Positions 1-12,698 of a stretch of 64,000 nucleotides of DNA are shown here, in pieces. The translations under genes were made by a program, and so were the position numbers. The stretch comes from Fistulifera solaris (taxonomy: Eukaryota), in the NCBI GenBank assembly GCA_030295235.1, contig AP026169.1:558001-622000 (forward strand). The letters run 5' to 3'. The first letter of the stretch is position 1; every line of letters starts with the position of its first letter. Below the pieces are notes generated by a model. The model had not been told where the DNA came from. It did no database searches and saw only the letters and a program-made list of their open reading frames with translations.

Positions 1-814
1 TTTTCAGACCAAGAACTAGAACAAGAGGCGACGATGAGAGCAGTGAATAGTGACTCTGATACCGCTGAACTCGAAGCACGTACAGAATCTGAAGCGGAAA
101 ATGCCGCTGAGTCGCCTTTGCCAAAAAAATGAAGACAACGACGATCATGAAGCTGTTGTAGACGAACCAATCCTTGATGCTCAGGGAAATCCGGGAAATT
201 ACACCGGTCTTGTATCAAAACGCACGCGTCGCCCCAACGGTGTTGGTAGACTTGTGTATGGAGATGGCAAACGGATCCATGAGGGCTTTTGGAAGGACGG
301 ACGCAAGGAAGGTCACGGAAGATGCCTATTCTTTCCACATCGTGATTTTCATGAAGGGGATTATCACGATAATCTTCGTAGCGGCAAAGGCATATATAAA
401 TGGAGCGACGGTAGGTGCTTTGAGGGTAATTATGTGAAAGACTTGAGAGACGGCTACGGTGTCTTCACTTACCCCAGCGGGGAAAAATATGAAGGAAATT
501 TCTGCGAAGGCCGTCGATCTGGCTACGGTCGGTTTACGTTTGACAAGGGTAGGAGTGTATACGAAGGTGAATGGAGTGATGGAAAGTATCATGGTTATGG
601 GTCTTTGCGCTGGGGACAAGGCTTTCATTACGAAGGTGAATTCGTCGACGGAAGATTTCACGGACATGGTAAGAAGTTGGACCCCCAAGGCCACGTGATT
701 CTCGAGGGCGAGTGGGTTGCTGGCAAATACCTCGATTTCGAAAACAAGGAAGACGATAAGTCATCGGAGCACTTTGATACAATAGTTGTCACTGAAGGCG
801 AAGAGGCTTACTAA
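1..814 (+). CDS. MORN-repeat protein, 5' end outside window; apparent frameshift in A7 run at 123-129
   Basis: Repeated YEGxW/FxxGxxxGxG motifs in ORF 50..814. Frame 1 from base 1 is an open acidic reading frame (FSDQELEQ...ESPLPK) that joins this ORF if one A is removed from the run. Confidence 0.85.
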
Positions 815-1185
815 AAGAACTTTATCACGCCAGCTAAGCAGGCTAAAGTCGGATTGGATTCGACCCACAAAAGTTCACTCTTTCAAGCGCCAACTTATAA
901 GTAATGCAATTGTGGTATCCGTAATTGATGACATGGAAAACTGCAATCTTCTATGCGGTCCGGGTTAGAAGCCTTGCTACGCTAATATCTAGGATAAAGA
1001 GCCTTACTACTGAGACAGCTAGTCAACGCCGAGGACATAACATTCCGTATTGATGACGAAGTGACTTTAATGGTTCTCAATTTCGGCCTTTGTGTCCGCA
1101 ATTTAATCGACGTGATTGTTGTTGTCTTCTTCATGGAATCCGATTGCGGAGTGGGGCGCCCGCCTTATGAAGGCAAATCTTTGGG

Positions 1186-3371
1186 CTACTCAACGAGGTG
1201 CCCGTTCTCCCACACACCGTGTTTTTTCTTGCCATCAGCGGTAACTTCCATTCCAAGCCCATGTGCCACAGAATTTTTGAATTCACCCGTATACTTTGAT
1301 CCAGAAGCAGAGACGAGTTCACCATTGCCATCATACCGCCCTTCCTTCCATTCGCCTTCATAGTAACCTCCATCAAACTTGTAACGACCAAAACCTTCAA
1401 ACATGCCATCACAGAACTCTCCTTCATATACGTTGCCGTTGTGAAAGGCAAATTTTCCCTGGCCGTGACGCTTGTCCTCGCGAAACATTCCGGTGTATAC
1501 GTCCCCATTGTCCCATTTATAAACTCCTTTACCATGTCTAGCGTCAAATACAAACTCTCCTTCATAAGTGTCTCCATTGGGATTTAATAGCTTTCCCTTG
1601 CCATTCCATTGCCCATTAATCCAATCACCCGAGTAAAGTCGGCCACTATCATAGCTCATTTTACCAGTACCGTGCGGAAGCCCTTCTGACACGAGGAAAG
1701 TTCCAGTGTAACGCCCCGAATCACCGTATTTATCTCTTGATTGTACATTCGACACTGAGAAAAGAAACTTTTCGGTTGGCAATCCAGCTTCTTCGGCGGC
1801 TTTCTTCGCTGCAAGGGCGTCCGCCATCACACCATCATCAAAGAAGCAGTTGTACAGGAGTGGTTCCGCAGAGTCATCATCACTCGGCGCTGTCCCTGCC
1901 GGGCTGGGCAGATCCAACAAATTCGGCGGAGCAATGGATGCGATTCGAGCTAGAGGTTTAGGCTCTTGCGATGAAGCTGAGTCCAATCCCATGGGAGGAG
2001 GAGGAAGAATACTACCTTTTCTGTCTTGCGAGATCAGATTGGGGGATTGATCAGTAGCCCCTCGACTGAGTGGAAGAGCATTCAAAGACGATGTCAACAT
2101 ATCAACTGGCATTTCACCACTATCCCCAACTTCGCTACTATCAACCGTGATCTTGTTTTTCTTTTTTCCTTTGCGAATAGGCGGCGGACCGTTCATAATG
2201 GGGAAATCTGTCGGTTCCGCAGAGTGGGTCCGTACCAGCACGCCACGCACAGGTACCTGTAAAGCGCTTTTCTCGGCCACTCCAATCTTGAACTTGTTTC
2301 GCTCCGTGGCATGATGGGGCTTTGGAGGCTCTTTTGAATGTCCAACAAGCCTCCTCGGAAAGAGGCGAATAATTTTGACGGGTCATTGGCCAAATTGACA
2401 TCGGCATCGTTCATGTACGTGGAGCCGGTTGGCGTTTGCGCCTCCGAACGACTGGCTGGAGAAAAATCAGGAATTCCTTCTTCGAAACTACGCGATCTAC
2501 CCAATGAGGCTCTGTTCGGAACACTAGGTCCTGCCCGAGCGCGATTGGCTCTTTGAAAGAATTTCAGTTGACCTTGCATGCGTGGATCTTCTTGTGGAGA
2601 AGGCGAATTACTCCGGCTACGGGGTGGAAAGGGCGATGTGATCGATTTGTCTGGACTTCCCCTTCGATTCTGCTGATCTATCTCTACACGATTTGGTGAG
2701 GTCATGGAACTAGACGACCGTGCATCAGTATCGTCGTCCGTTTCAGCTTCCTCCTTTTGTTGCAATTGTGCTTCGTACTCCGCTTCCGCCTCCAGTTCGA
2801 GTTGTTTTTGGGTCGCCATAGTTTTGATCAACTTCAAGTCTTGTTGGATGGTCCGACGTAAGGCTCGAATGGTTTGATTCTGCTCAATTACAGTTGTTTC
2901 AGAGTCAGCCAGTCGTTGTTCCAACTTGGATATCTGCATCTTCAAACTCAAGACTTCTTTCTCCTTCGTACGCAACATCCAGTTCTGGACCTGTGACAAA
3001 CGTTTCAATGTGGAAGCCAAGTTATCTGTTTTCTGAAGGACTAAATGTGGAGCCAAGGACTCAACAAAAGTTTCGGATGATTCTGTCGTCTTGGGGGGAT
3101 CGCCCTCAGCCTCGCACTCGGCCATGACGTTCTTCGACGAAGTATTTGTCTGCAACTGCTTCACAACTGCAGCAAAGGACATTCTTTGTTGAATGCCGAC
3201 CGCCTTTTCCTCTGCCGTGCACATGTTGCAAGAGAGGATGGCATTGTTATCTTGCACCAAGATAGGGCAGCTAGGATGTCGCAAACATGTGCCCTTCTCA
3301 CTGATGCCAAGTGCTTCTTGCCAAACGATCTTTTCATCATTCTTTTCTCCTTTCTCTTGCTTTTCAGTCAT
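1186..3371 (-). CDS. Coiled-coil plus C-terminal MORN-repeat protein, with one frameshift near 2327
   Basis: ORF 2193..3371 (CxxH...CxxC motif, coiled coil) joins ORF 1186..2280 (about 7 MORN repeats) if one C is added: DIQKS-PPKPHHATERNKFKIGVAEKSA. Confidence 0.8.
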
Positions 3372-5301
3372 TTTCAGCTATATTTAGAAGCACTTTAGTC
3401 TAAATTTGACTAGTGAAAGCAAGTCTTGGTGTTCAAAAGGATGTTTGTTGCTATTATTTGTGACCTGCCTTTTCGTTTGGTGCAAGAGATCATCAGGTCA
3501 GGGTCTTCGCGGTCTTTTTCGCACTAATGCCAGTTGAGTGACGCAAAGCGTGACTGACACTCACAACTCACAACTCACGACGAATGACGATGACTGCTTC
3601 CTTCTCCTGTACAAGGTACAAGGTACTCAATGGTATTCAGTCCCGAAAGTCATCGCCCTTGACCTAACGCTTGAATTTCAAAAATGAACTGCGACGCCAC
3701 GGACGCTATTTGATGTTAAGGAATCATCACTTCATGTTGGTAAAGAAGCAGGCATTGACTGAGTCACTTTCCAATAGCCAAGTGTGAAATCCGTTACCTG
3801 GTAGTACCTTTCAAAAGCAAAGACTTCTCCGACTCAACGAATTGTCAATCCCGGGAATTATCGCTGATTGCTTATTGCTTATTGCAGATTTTCTTGAAAT
3901 TAACTGTTAGAAGATGCTCGTTTCTTTTAATAGCGAAATGAGGTAGACCGATGTTCAAGTTGACAACTGATCAACAAACGTAAAAGACCTTGACAACGAA
4001 GCGAAAGCAGACTGATGCAAAGCGACATGCGGAACCTTTTAAATAGATAGAGTAGAGAGAGACCAAAAAAACATATTATATATTATAGCTTAGGTATTCT
4101 GCATTTCTTATGGAGTGCATTGTCGATAACTTATCATTTAAGCACCTTGCACATAAAACGACACCTCGGGCATGGACAATTTATCACACATCACAAGCAG
4201 AACCCTGAGTGATGGATTGCGTTTCGGTTCTGTCATAAAGGGATAGGACAGAAGTATGATAAACTCACAGTTTTCATTTCATTTTACGCATCACGCACCA
4301 CCACGCATTTTTATTTCGTAACTCGTAACCAAGCAAGAAGTTAGATGCAGGGCAAAGGGCAAGCTGAAAGCAAATCATCAATCATCTTGAATCATCTTAT
4401 GGTGGTGTAGGATTTGGATATTTGGATTTATGGTTTTGATTGTTGATATTCCGTGTTCGTTTCTTGGTTCGTATTGGGTGCTCTGCGCTTTACCTCTACA
4501 CACTTTCATGGTCTTTATTTCCCCGGTACTTATTAAGAATGTGTTTCGATTCCGAAGGCAATAATAGATGATAATGCTAAATGCTAAGGCAACGACCAAC
4601 GACTACGCCTACGACCTACGATCTACGTGTCTACGTAGGACTGAAATAACGGACAGCCGTCGGAAAGTCCAAGGCAATAGGCAATACAGGATTCGGTCAT
4701 TGTGCTCCTATTACTGAGACTCACTCGAGAGGTATAGAGGTATAATCGAAGTTAGGTAGTTTAATGAACGGAGGTTCGAGGTTCGGGCTTCTTCGCTCTT
4801 CCGTTTTTTGGCTTTTTGATCGGCCAATTTTCGTTTTAGGACCTTTTTTCACTCTTCCACTTTCAACGTAGACTACAGTACATGAGAGACGAGGCACGGG
4901 GCTACAGCCGTTTTATTTTTGTGAAACTGATGCCAAATGTGGAAGGCCGCAATCATCGCCCATTCTACTTTTAGCGTCATACAGAATTCAATCGTTCCGA
5001 TTATTTAAGGAATCGTGAATATTAGACCAAGCGTTCTTCGCGCTCCAGCTGTAAAATCGGACACCTCACAAGGCAAAACTTACGTGCGACGGGGTGCTAC
5101 ATTTTAGCGTGGACATCGTGTCTAAACTCCAAACGCATCGTCGCTGGTGCGGTCGACTCGCAACGTTCGCTGCATTACACAGCACTTCTTGTTCCTCTTG
5201 AGTTAGCGGCTACGCCACACAAAGCGTTCAGCAATCATACTTCGCATACAGTTTCCTTGTACAAGTAACCTACAAAGAGTTGAGAAGAATCGAGAACTAT
5301 C

Positions 5302-6285
5302 ATGGAGCACACAACAATTAATACTAGCAATCCTACGAACGGCAAAGATTCGGGCAAGGCCGTGAAACAACGCAAAGAGAAGAAACCCGTTGCCACCTCG
5401 AAACAGCGCCAGCCGACCAAGAACGAAAAGCCGTCTCGTCCCCTGAGCGCCTACAATGTCTTCTTTAAAGAGGAACGCGTCAAATGGCTGGCAGAATCCT
5501 CCCACAATACCCAACAAAAATTCACACAAATGGGTTACGAGATGGGCCAGCGATGGAAGAAACTCAGCGCTGCCGAAAAGCTCAAGTACGAGAAGATTGC
5601 TCAGGAAGATGTGAAACGCTATCAGAAAGAGATGGAACAGTACGAAAAGAAGGCGTCGCCGAAAAAAGCATCCAAAACAAAAAGTCCCCAGAAAGCACCC
5701 AAAGAAACCAAGAAAGAAGTCGAGAAAGCTCCAGTAGCTACAGCTCCGTCTTCTTCTGATGCGGCTCGTCGAGTCGTGAATGTGCCGTCTCCGGCGATAC
5801 GAGACCCACAAGAACTCATGATACAGCAACTACTAGCGAGTCAACAGGGCGTCCCTTTAGGGCAACAACAACCACAAATTCCCATCCAGTTACATGAACG
5901 CGAAGCCATTTTGCGACAACTCCAACTACAAGAACTAGCCAGTCGGTCACAGTTGTCGCAACTTGTGCCGGGCAATCCCCTGATGGGGTATCCGACCAAC
6001 CAGTATCTGGGCGCATTGTCGGGAGGCGGGGCCATGCTCCCTGGTTTGGAACAGCAACTACTGATTCAGCGTTTGCGAGACCAAGAACTGCGGAGTCAAA
6101 TAGCTTCATTGGAACGCGGGCTGACGGCGCAGCCCTTTGCGCCCTTGTCGAATTTGGACTTATTGGCCTTGCAAGCCTCTTCGCAACCTCAGCCGCCATC
6201 GCTTTCCGACTCGGAGTTACTGGCTAACATGTCGGTAAGAGAAAAATTACAACTTTTGATGCAGTTAAATCAACAAGGGTTTTGA
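5302..6285 (+). CDS. HMG-box DNA-binding protein with Q/L-rich C-terminus
   Basis: PSRPLSAYNVFFKEER...MGQRWKKLSAAEKLKYEKIAQEDVKRYQKEMEQY is a canonical HMG box. Confidence 0.92.
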   Translation: MEHTTINTSNPTNGKDSGKAVKQRKEKKPVATSKQRQPTKNEKPSRPLSAYNVFFKEERVKWLAESSHNTQQKFTQMGYEMGQRWKKLSAAEKLKYEKIAQEDVKRYQKEMEQYEKKASPKKASKTKSPQKAPKETKKEVEKAPVATAPSSSDAARRVVNVPSPAIRDPQELMIQQLLASQQGVPLGQQQPQIPIQLHEREAILRQLQLQELASRSQLSQLVPGNPLMGYPTNQYLGALSGGGAMLPGLEQQLLIQRLRDQELRSQIASLERGLTAQPFAPLSNLDLLALQASSQPQPPSLSDSELLANMSVREKLQLLMQLNQQGF

Positions 6286-7052
6286 ATAGCGACAGAAAGG
6301 ACGTCGAAGAATCGAATAAATGTGTGTTGTAAAAAATAACTCTTTAGTAACTGATACAAGAAGAGACTATGAGTTAAACAGTATTCTTCCATGAGGGGAA
6401 GTGCTCAAGCGTCATTAGGTAAGCGGTTGCCAACCGAATGAATTGAAAAGTACACCCGGGAACCCAAATCGCATTGTCAATGGTAGATGTGAGGTATTCG
6501 CCATACGGAGTCAGGACGCTGGATCGCAAACAGCAATAGTATTCATAAAAGATACCCAGACCCCAGACGATTATTTTTAGTCGGCGCTGATAATAGCGTG
6601 TGGAGAAACGGTCGACAAATGCATTAGCTTGAGCGTTTTGGAAAAAATGACTAAAGTGCAGTCGTGGTTGCTTAGAACTTGCACCGTGGCCCACAGTTAA
6701 TTAGCAAGACAAGACAACGATCCTCATGCATCAACAATTAGTATCAACATTATCTATACTAGAGCAACAGCACCGATAAGCTCTTATAGTAGACACTGTA
6801 TGGATTGTCGGGATTGGTCGACAATCGTAGCGTGGTCATCAGTCTTTTTCCTTGCCTTAAAATTTTTTCAACCATTGCCGGGACTGCATTATTTGAGTTG
6901 AACTACGACAAAAGTACCTCGTGCACTTTACCAGATACCTGCGGTAGTGCACCTTGCGTTGATTGACAAACACAAAACAACTATTCATCATCAAATCCTA
7001 TGGAGAATATCTTCAAAAGGTATTGAAGCACCTTTCATGTACGAACGGAATC

Positions 7053-7955
7053 ATGTTCAAGAAGAGAGCGAATAAGCAAGCGAATTTACGACGACGAAAC
7101 GAAGAGGAAGAAGAACAATCTGAGAGCGCACACAACTCGGAACGCTACCACGACGATGACTCCTCGACAGATCACTTGTCACAAATTCAACAAAAGAAGA
7201 AACGACGAATGATTCTGGAATCATTGCAATATCGTAAAGGTGTCAGTGCTGCAAAATTACTACAACAACAAGCCAACCCCGTCGAACAATTCAATAATCC
7301 CTCCGTGACCACCGATGACCCACGAGAAGGAGTTATAGAACAAAAACATCGCCTAGCCATGGAAGCGTACATTGCCGAAAATTTAGGAGCTACGACTACT
7401 GAGCAACATGACAAGGAGACAAATGGTGTGCACAATGCGACAGAACAATTGTACGCGGAATTATCGGAAGCTGCGATGCGGTTGGCGGGCCGATCCAGCA
7501 TCGATGATGTGGGGGGAACGATGGCGGGCACGAGCCTCGCCGAAGTCGTGCTACCGGTAGAAGAACGCATGGTGACACTGGAAGAAACCGCGCGTGCGAT
7601 GAAAGTGAAGGATGATCCGATGAATCGCCTTCCTTCCAAAGCGAACATCAATTCATCAGCACCCAATCGATTTGCGGCGCCGGCTCGGCCCAAAGTTCTT
7701 TATGACGCTACAACGACTGCAATGGAGCAAGAAAGGGGTTTTATGGAAGAGATTTGTACTGCAACTACTACCACTACTACGAGTGATGATGCCCCAGACA
7801 ACGATCGAGTCGGATTTCAAGCCTTTCGACGACAACAAAACGGGGAAATTCGTCCTTTGAACAATTCTTATGAGAATGGAGGCCGTCGTGCTACAGACGA
7901 TCGAGCATTCAAGAACTTTGTCACCAAACAACGTGAACGAAGACAAAATCGATGA
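7053..7955 (+). CDS. C9orf78/HCA59 (Tls1)-like spliceosome-associated protein
   Basis: Basic N-terminus MFKKR..NLRRR, LAEVVLPVEERM motif and C-terminal ATDDRAFKNF, resembling the C9orf78 motifs PEVDL and ATDD. Confidence 0.7.
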   Translation: MFKKRANKQANLRRRNEEEEEQSESAHNSERYHDDDSSTDHLSQIQQKKKRRMILESLQYRKGVSAAKLLQQQANPVEQFNNPSVTTDDPREGVIEQKHRLAMEAYIAENLGATTTEQHDKETNGVHNATEQLYAELSEAAMRLAGRSSIDDVGGTMAGTSLAEVVLPVEERMVTLEETARAMKVKDDPMNRLPSKANINSSAPNRFAAPARPKVLYDATTTAMEQERGFMEEICTATTTTTTSDDAPDNDRVGFQAFRRQQNGEIRPLNNSYENGGRRATDDRAFKNFVTKQRERRQNR

Positions 7956-8006
7956 TATAGTTACAAGATTTTGATTTTTTTTAGTTATAAGCTTGCCTGC
8001 ATTTAA

Positions 8007-8740
8007 TTAGTTTACGTTGGTGGTCAAAAGTTCGTACAGCATAGAGGGCTTGGCTGGTTCGAGTCGTACGGATGGTGCTCTTGCCCATTTATTGTTCGAA
8101 ATGAGATACCGCTGAATACGACTCGCCATTCGAGAGGCCGCATTCGGTTTTCCCGTCGTCCACCGTTGGTTCAAAACTTCCTGCAGCTCCAAAACGGAAT
8201 CAATCGACTTTTCTCCCCTCTTTGTTTGTACTTCATCGTTTAATAACCACAATGAGTAAGGGATCGTCCAGTACAAAGTGACATGCTGCAGTGAAGAGGA
8301 CAATTGCACATGAACGATATCCATTGGTTCACCTTGAACATTCCATTCTCCGACCGTCTTTTGACTCATCGTACAATTCGCTTCCAAGCACTGCAAAGCC
8401 GCAGCACGTACGTGATACAATGTGTATTGATATTTTGGAGAAAGTTGGCGCTCGTCGTGTTTGCTGGAACTCATTTCATCCAGTTCGATGCGAAAGGATT
8501 GCTTTGATTGGGAGGATGCTTGAATGATTTCCACACTTTCTTGTAAAGAGGCAAGCCATCCCGCAAAACGGAAGCAAATACGGGATTGCGATGTCGTGGT
8601 GCCGCCACCACATCGTGGTGTTCATCGTTGTGTCGAGGGGACGAAGAATAGTACCAGCGAGGCTGGTGAAGAATTCGCCTCCGTGAAGTCGCTAAAAATG
8701 AATTCCAACGCGGCACGGAATTTGCAAGTAGCATTTGCAA
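8007..8740 (-). CDS. RbfA-like ribosome-binding factor, probably mitochondrial; frameshift between about 8471 and 8610
   Basis: IVHVQLSSSLQHVTLYW and RAPSVRL resemble RbfA motifs. The upstream ORF 8471..8740 is an R/S-rich presequence in another frame. Confidence 0.55.
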
Positions 8741-9570
8741 GCAAAGTGCGATGAGCGATTCCTCTCTATTGCTTATTGTTTATTGCTCGTTTTGTTATTC
8801 ATTCCTTATTATTTTGTGCGGTTCAAATTTTTTAATTATTATGCGGCTGTGATCTGTCGTGACTAAACGCAGTCGTGGATAAAAACGAATTAAACGAAGG
8901 GACTACCTGCTATAGTAAATTTTGAGGCTATCAATCCGGGACGATTTTCAACGGAAGGAATCTAGAAGTGCATTGCATATTGCAAAAACGTTGCGAGTAG
9001 TCGCTACCACCTCAATAATAGCGAAACGGTTTCATAGATGATCTTTCTTTATTGGAGTCCGATCACATGGAAAAATAGTGACACCCTATTTCAAGTCGAT
9101 CGTGCACCGTCACTTCTTAAACGCTCAGCCTGATTGCTCAAGCATTAAACGCGAACCGGCAACAGAAATGTGCTAGCGAGCAAGTGGATGGCAAGAAGAA
9201 AAATAGCGAAAGAAACGAGAATGGATGGTGACTCAGGATTATATCCAGTCGTGGATGATTCACCCAGACCTTAGTCCATAGCACCTTTGTGCGACGATTT
9301 TCGACGTAATTTAATCAGGACACTATAGACAAATAACTACTGCTAGTTCGTCGCAGCTAAACATCTAATGCTACACACTAGATACGTATTCTTCATCAGG
9401 ATTCCTCTATTCTCGTTCGCTTTCGTCAGCAACATACGTTACTTTCGGTGTCTTCTCCCATGCGTGATCGCAGCAATGCCTCAACAAAAGTGTGTGTGTG
9501 AACAATCAACTCGGCTGTATCGACTCAGTCCCATGTTATCATTCGTTAATTATTCTTGTTAGTCGATCGC

Positions 9571-10430
9571 TTAGTTTGTGCCAGCGTCTTCCGCCGCTTT
9601 GATTTGACCCCGTGTAAAACTGACGTAAGCAGTCCAGAAGAAGGAAACAATATGGCGAAACGGCATACGAATATGAACAGGAAGGATAAATTGGACACAG
9701 TCACTGGGCCCCCATAATTGTATCATTGCGGTGAGGTCCTCCTGAAGGTCACTCTGTCAGTCGAGAGCATAAAACGGTCTACTATCATCGGAATGCTCAC
9801 ACGTACCTTCATATTTTTGGAGTACTTGGTAATCCCATCATGGGCCCAGTCGACAGGATTCCAACTTGATCCACCGACAGACTCTTTGACCATGTAATAT
9901 GTGGGAAAGTACATCATGGGCAAATGCACAATGACGTCGAACAAGACCATCTTGGCGGCATCGAGCATACCGGCTGGGTACTTGAATTTATCGATCAACG
10001 ACATCTTCGCAAACGTGTCCATCGTAGGAAACCACCGGCGGTATTGGGTCACCATGAGCCAATATTGAAAGCCACCCAGATACACGAAACCAAAGACCAC
10101 AAAAATCCCATTGCGACGCCAGTCAACTTCGGAAAGTTGCTTGCCTTCGGCGACTGTTTGCACTACTAGGTCAGCAGCGGAAGTCTTGACGGTAGCAACA
10201 ATTAATTGAAACGCAAAGGGGTGTTCTTTGGTGAACGAGGCAAATTTGCCGGGTGCCTTGGCGTCTTTTGCGGCATTGACGCCGGCCTTGATATTCTTAG
10301 CAGCTTGTGAGAAGGCTCGACTTCTGGCAGTGACTGGAGCTGACCCTAATGTTCGATAGAAGCAAATCATGGTGATGCAAGAAGAAAGTATTGATTTCAA
10401 TTGCATCCTCAAGAGACTCAATATGGGCAT
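9571..10430 (-). CDS. Mpv17/PMP22 family membrane protein, intron 9742..9806
   Basis: Motifs SAADLVVQ, DWRRNGIF, FDVIVHLPMMYFPTYY. After splicing: WGPSDCVQFILPVHIRMPFRHIVSFFWTAYVS. Confidence 0.88.
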
Positions 10431-10551
10431 AAAATGGCAAACTGTTTTCGTTCTATCGAGGCAAAACGAAGCAAACGAAACCGAGTGATGCGTTTACGAA
10501 AATGTTGACCAATTCACTATAAACCAAAGAGTTCCGACGAGTACCGTGTCG

Positions 10552-10582
10552 ACGTCAGCATTTATGGAAGTACGTCAGCATT
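10552..10582. promoter_or_regulatory. Two ACGTCAGCATT copies (TGACGT-type bZIP sites) 20 bp apart, upstream of the Mpv17-family gene
   Basis: Exact 11-mer at 10552-10562 and 10572-10582. Confidence 0.4.
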
Positions 10583-10915
10583 GTCTCTATCACGACGTTT
10601 CGGGTCTTGTGTCGAGGCCTGCTTGCGACAACACTTTCATCACAATCTACTAAGAATTGTCCTTTATTAGAGTATTGCTTTCTCTACTTGTTAATGATGG
10701 AGAAACTCTCTTAATCCAGTCATTAATGGTTTTACTGTTTTTCATACATACTCGGCTGTTTAGGCATTGATTGAGTACCATGATCAAATATCATATATCA
10801 TTCATATCTGAATGCAGACTAGATATTCAAAGGGATCCCTCATTTGTCTCCGATCCTATCGTCCAAACTCATGAGATTTGATTATCCTTTTCAAATTGAT
10901 CTACGAGTCCTTAAA

Positions 10916-12096
10916 TTACAGGTAAGCAATGGCACCATTGAAACGAAAATCAATAATTTTCCAGTTGAGTGCCATTTCCTCTTCGTTGTACTCTCTCTGA
11001 AAGGCCACGACATACGAATTAGCTCGAATATCGTCCTCTGATCCTTCTACGACTTCTCCACTCTCTTTTTTGCGCACACAGTTAATCTGCTGGCACATGA
11101 AATGAAGAATAATGATAGGTGAACCTTTATTCACGACATCTGGCTTTAAACAAAGAGAGGTGGCACGGTAAGAAAGCCCATACGTCACGCCAGTGGTCCG
11201 CTGCACATCAAATATACATGATTTACCTCAACTGCCAAAATCTCCGAGTTCATAATCGCCAAAACGTGCGTATCTATTTGTACACCTTCTTGTTCACGCG
11301 CCTTCATCTCCGCAGCCAATCGTTTGAACACTCCTTCGCCCAACCACGGTTTCAGTTGATTGATTTTTCCCTCCAAAAACCATGACATGATCTGGGGAAG
11401 CGTGTGTTCCACGACGTCTTCTCTCCAGTCATCTAGCGTAAATTCGGGATCTAACTTACGCAGCTCCGCCACCGCGATGGATTCGGGGGTTTCGGCCGTC
11501 ACGGTTTCGTAAACGGACGATACGCGATAGACCCACGGATTTTGACTAGTTTCCCAAGCTTCTTGAGCATCTTCACGCAAGTGATCCACCTTTTTCTTTA
11601 TTTTCTTGGCTCCTGACTTTTCGTAAAAGTCTTCGGTCCGTGTCAAAATGTCTTGAATGACAGGTGCTTGTGCCAATCGCTTCTGCATCCGTTCCCAGGC
11701 GGTCAAATGTTCCGATTCATCAATCACCATGATTTCTACGGGTCCATTGTAGGGCTCATCACCACCCGGAGTTTCGTGTGGGTGAATGAGTTTTTTATTG
11801 ATGGATTTCCGTTCGCCCGATGCTAACAGTTCCTGCCATGTTTTGCCGACTTCGTCTGTGAATACAGCCCATTTCTCGGCGAGGGTCCTCATGATATCGT
11901 TATTATTATTGCTACTACTTGTTGATTTTTCTTCATCATCCTTTCCGTCCTTTTTGAGACGATTGACTGTATCTCTGAGTGATTCGCCTTTTGGTTCGTT
12001 AGAAGCAAATGATCGGGTGACAACGTAATTGTGTGGCTTCGTTGGCGGACGAATGTGCTGCGCGGACACTCGACGTAGTAATGCGGATCGAAACAT
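10916..12096 (-). CDS. TIM44: Mitochondrial import translocase subunit Tim44, intron 11144..11226
   Basis: Mitochondrial presequence; WETSQNPWV, ELRKLDPEF; after splicing PIIILHFMCQQINCVR..GEVVEGSEDDI...WKIIDF. Confidence 0.93.
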
Positions 12097-12698
12097 AACC
12101 AATGTCTAATTCTTGCGATGATATACTTTGTTTTGTGATAAATTGATAGATAATAACGAAGAGGAGGAAGAATGGACTCCGCGAAAGCGAATGAAGTTGG
12201 AGCTGTTGTTGCGTGTGAATGAAAATGTTAACATTTTTTCTCCATCCAAGAAGTCATAACCATCCTTGTTTCTCGTTTCCGACCGGATGACGGACGACCC
12301 CTCAGGACTCATCGGTCGAGTCATGAGTAAAAACGGAACATGAGGAGAAAACGAAGTCAGTCTGCACACAATAAGCGATAGTCGAATATTTAGTATTCGC
12401 TTTTTACTAAGAGAAATTCACCTATTTCCGATGTGGAATGATAAGAGAAGAAAGGGAACGTCACAACTTCAATGGTCTGTTTCTGTTTTTCTGTCTCGCC
12501 ACTCCGAAAAGGTCATCGTCATGGTCGCGTGCAGAATTTGATGGATGGCGCTGGCACTTTGTGTTCTTCGCGAGCTTTTTTTCTATTCAAGTCACTGCGA
12601 GGAGATTGTCCTTTACTCGCTCCTACCTTATAATTTCCCCGTTTCTTTACCTCATTCATAAACAATAGGCTTTCATAAAAGTCACACGTCAACCAAAC

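Noticed and set aside
3372..5301. 1.9-kb gene-free spacer as a possible transposon or RNA gene
   Set aside because: No terminal repeats, transposase remnants or tRNA-like fold seen; consistent with a long divergent promoter of a transcription-factor gene.
5203..5829. 208-aa antisense ORF over the HMG-box gene
   Set aside because: Phe/Leu-rich mirror of a Lys/Glu-rich sense gene.
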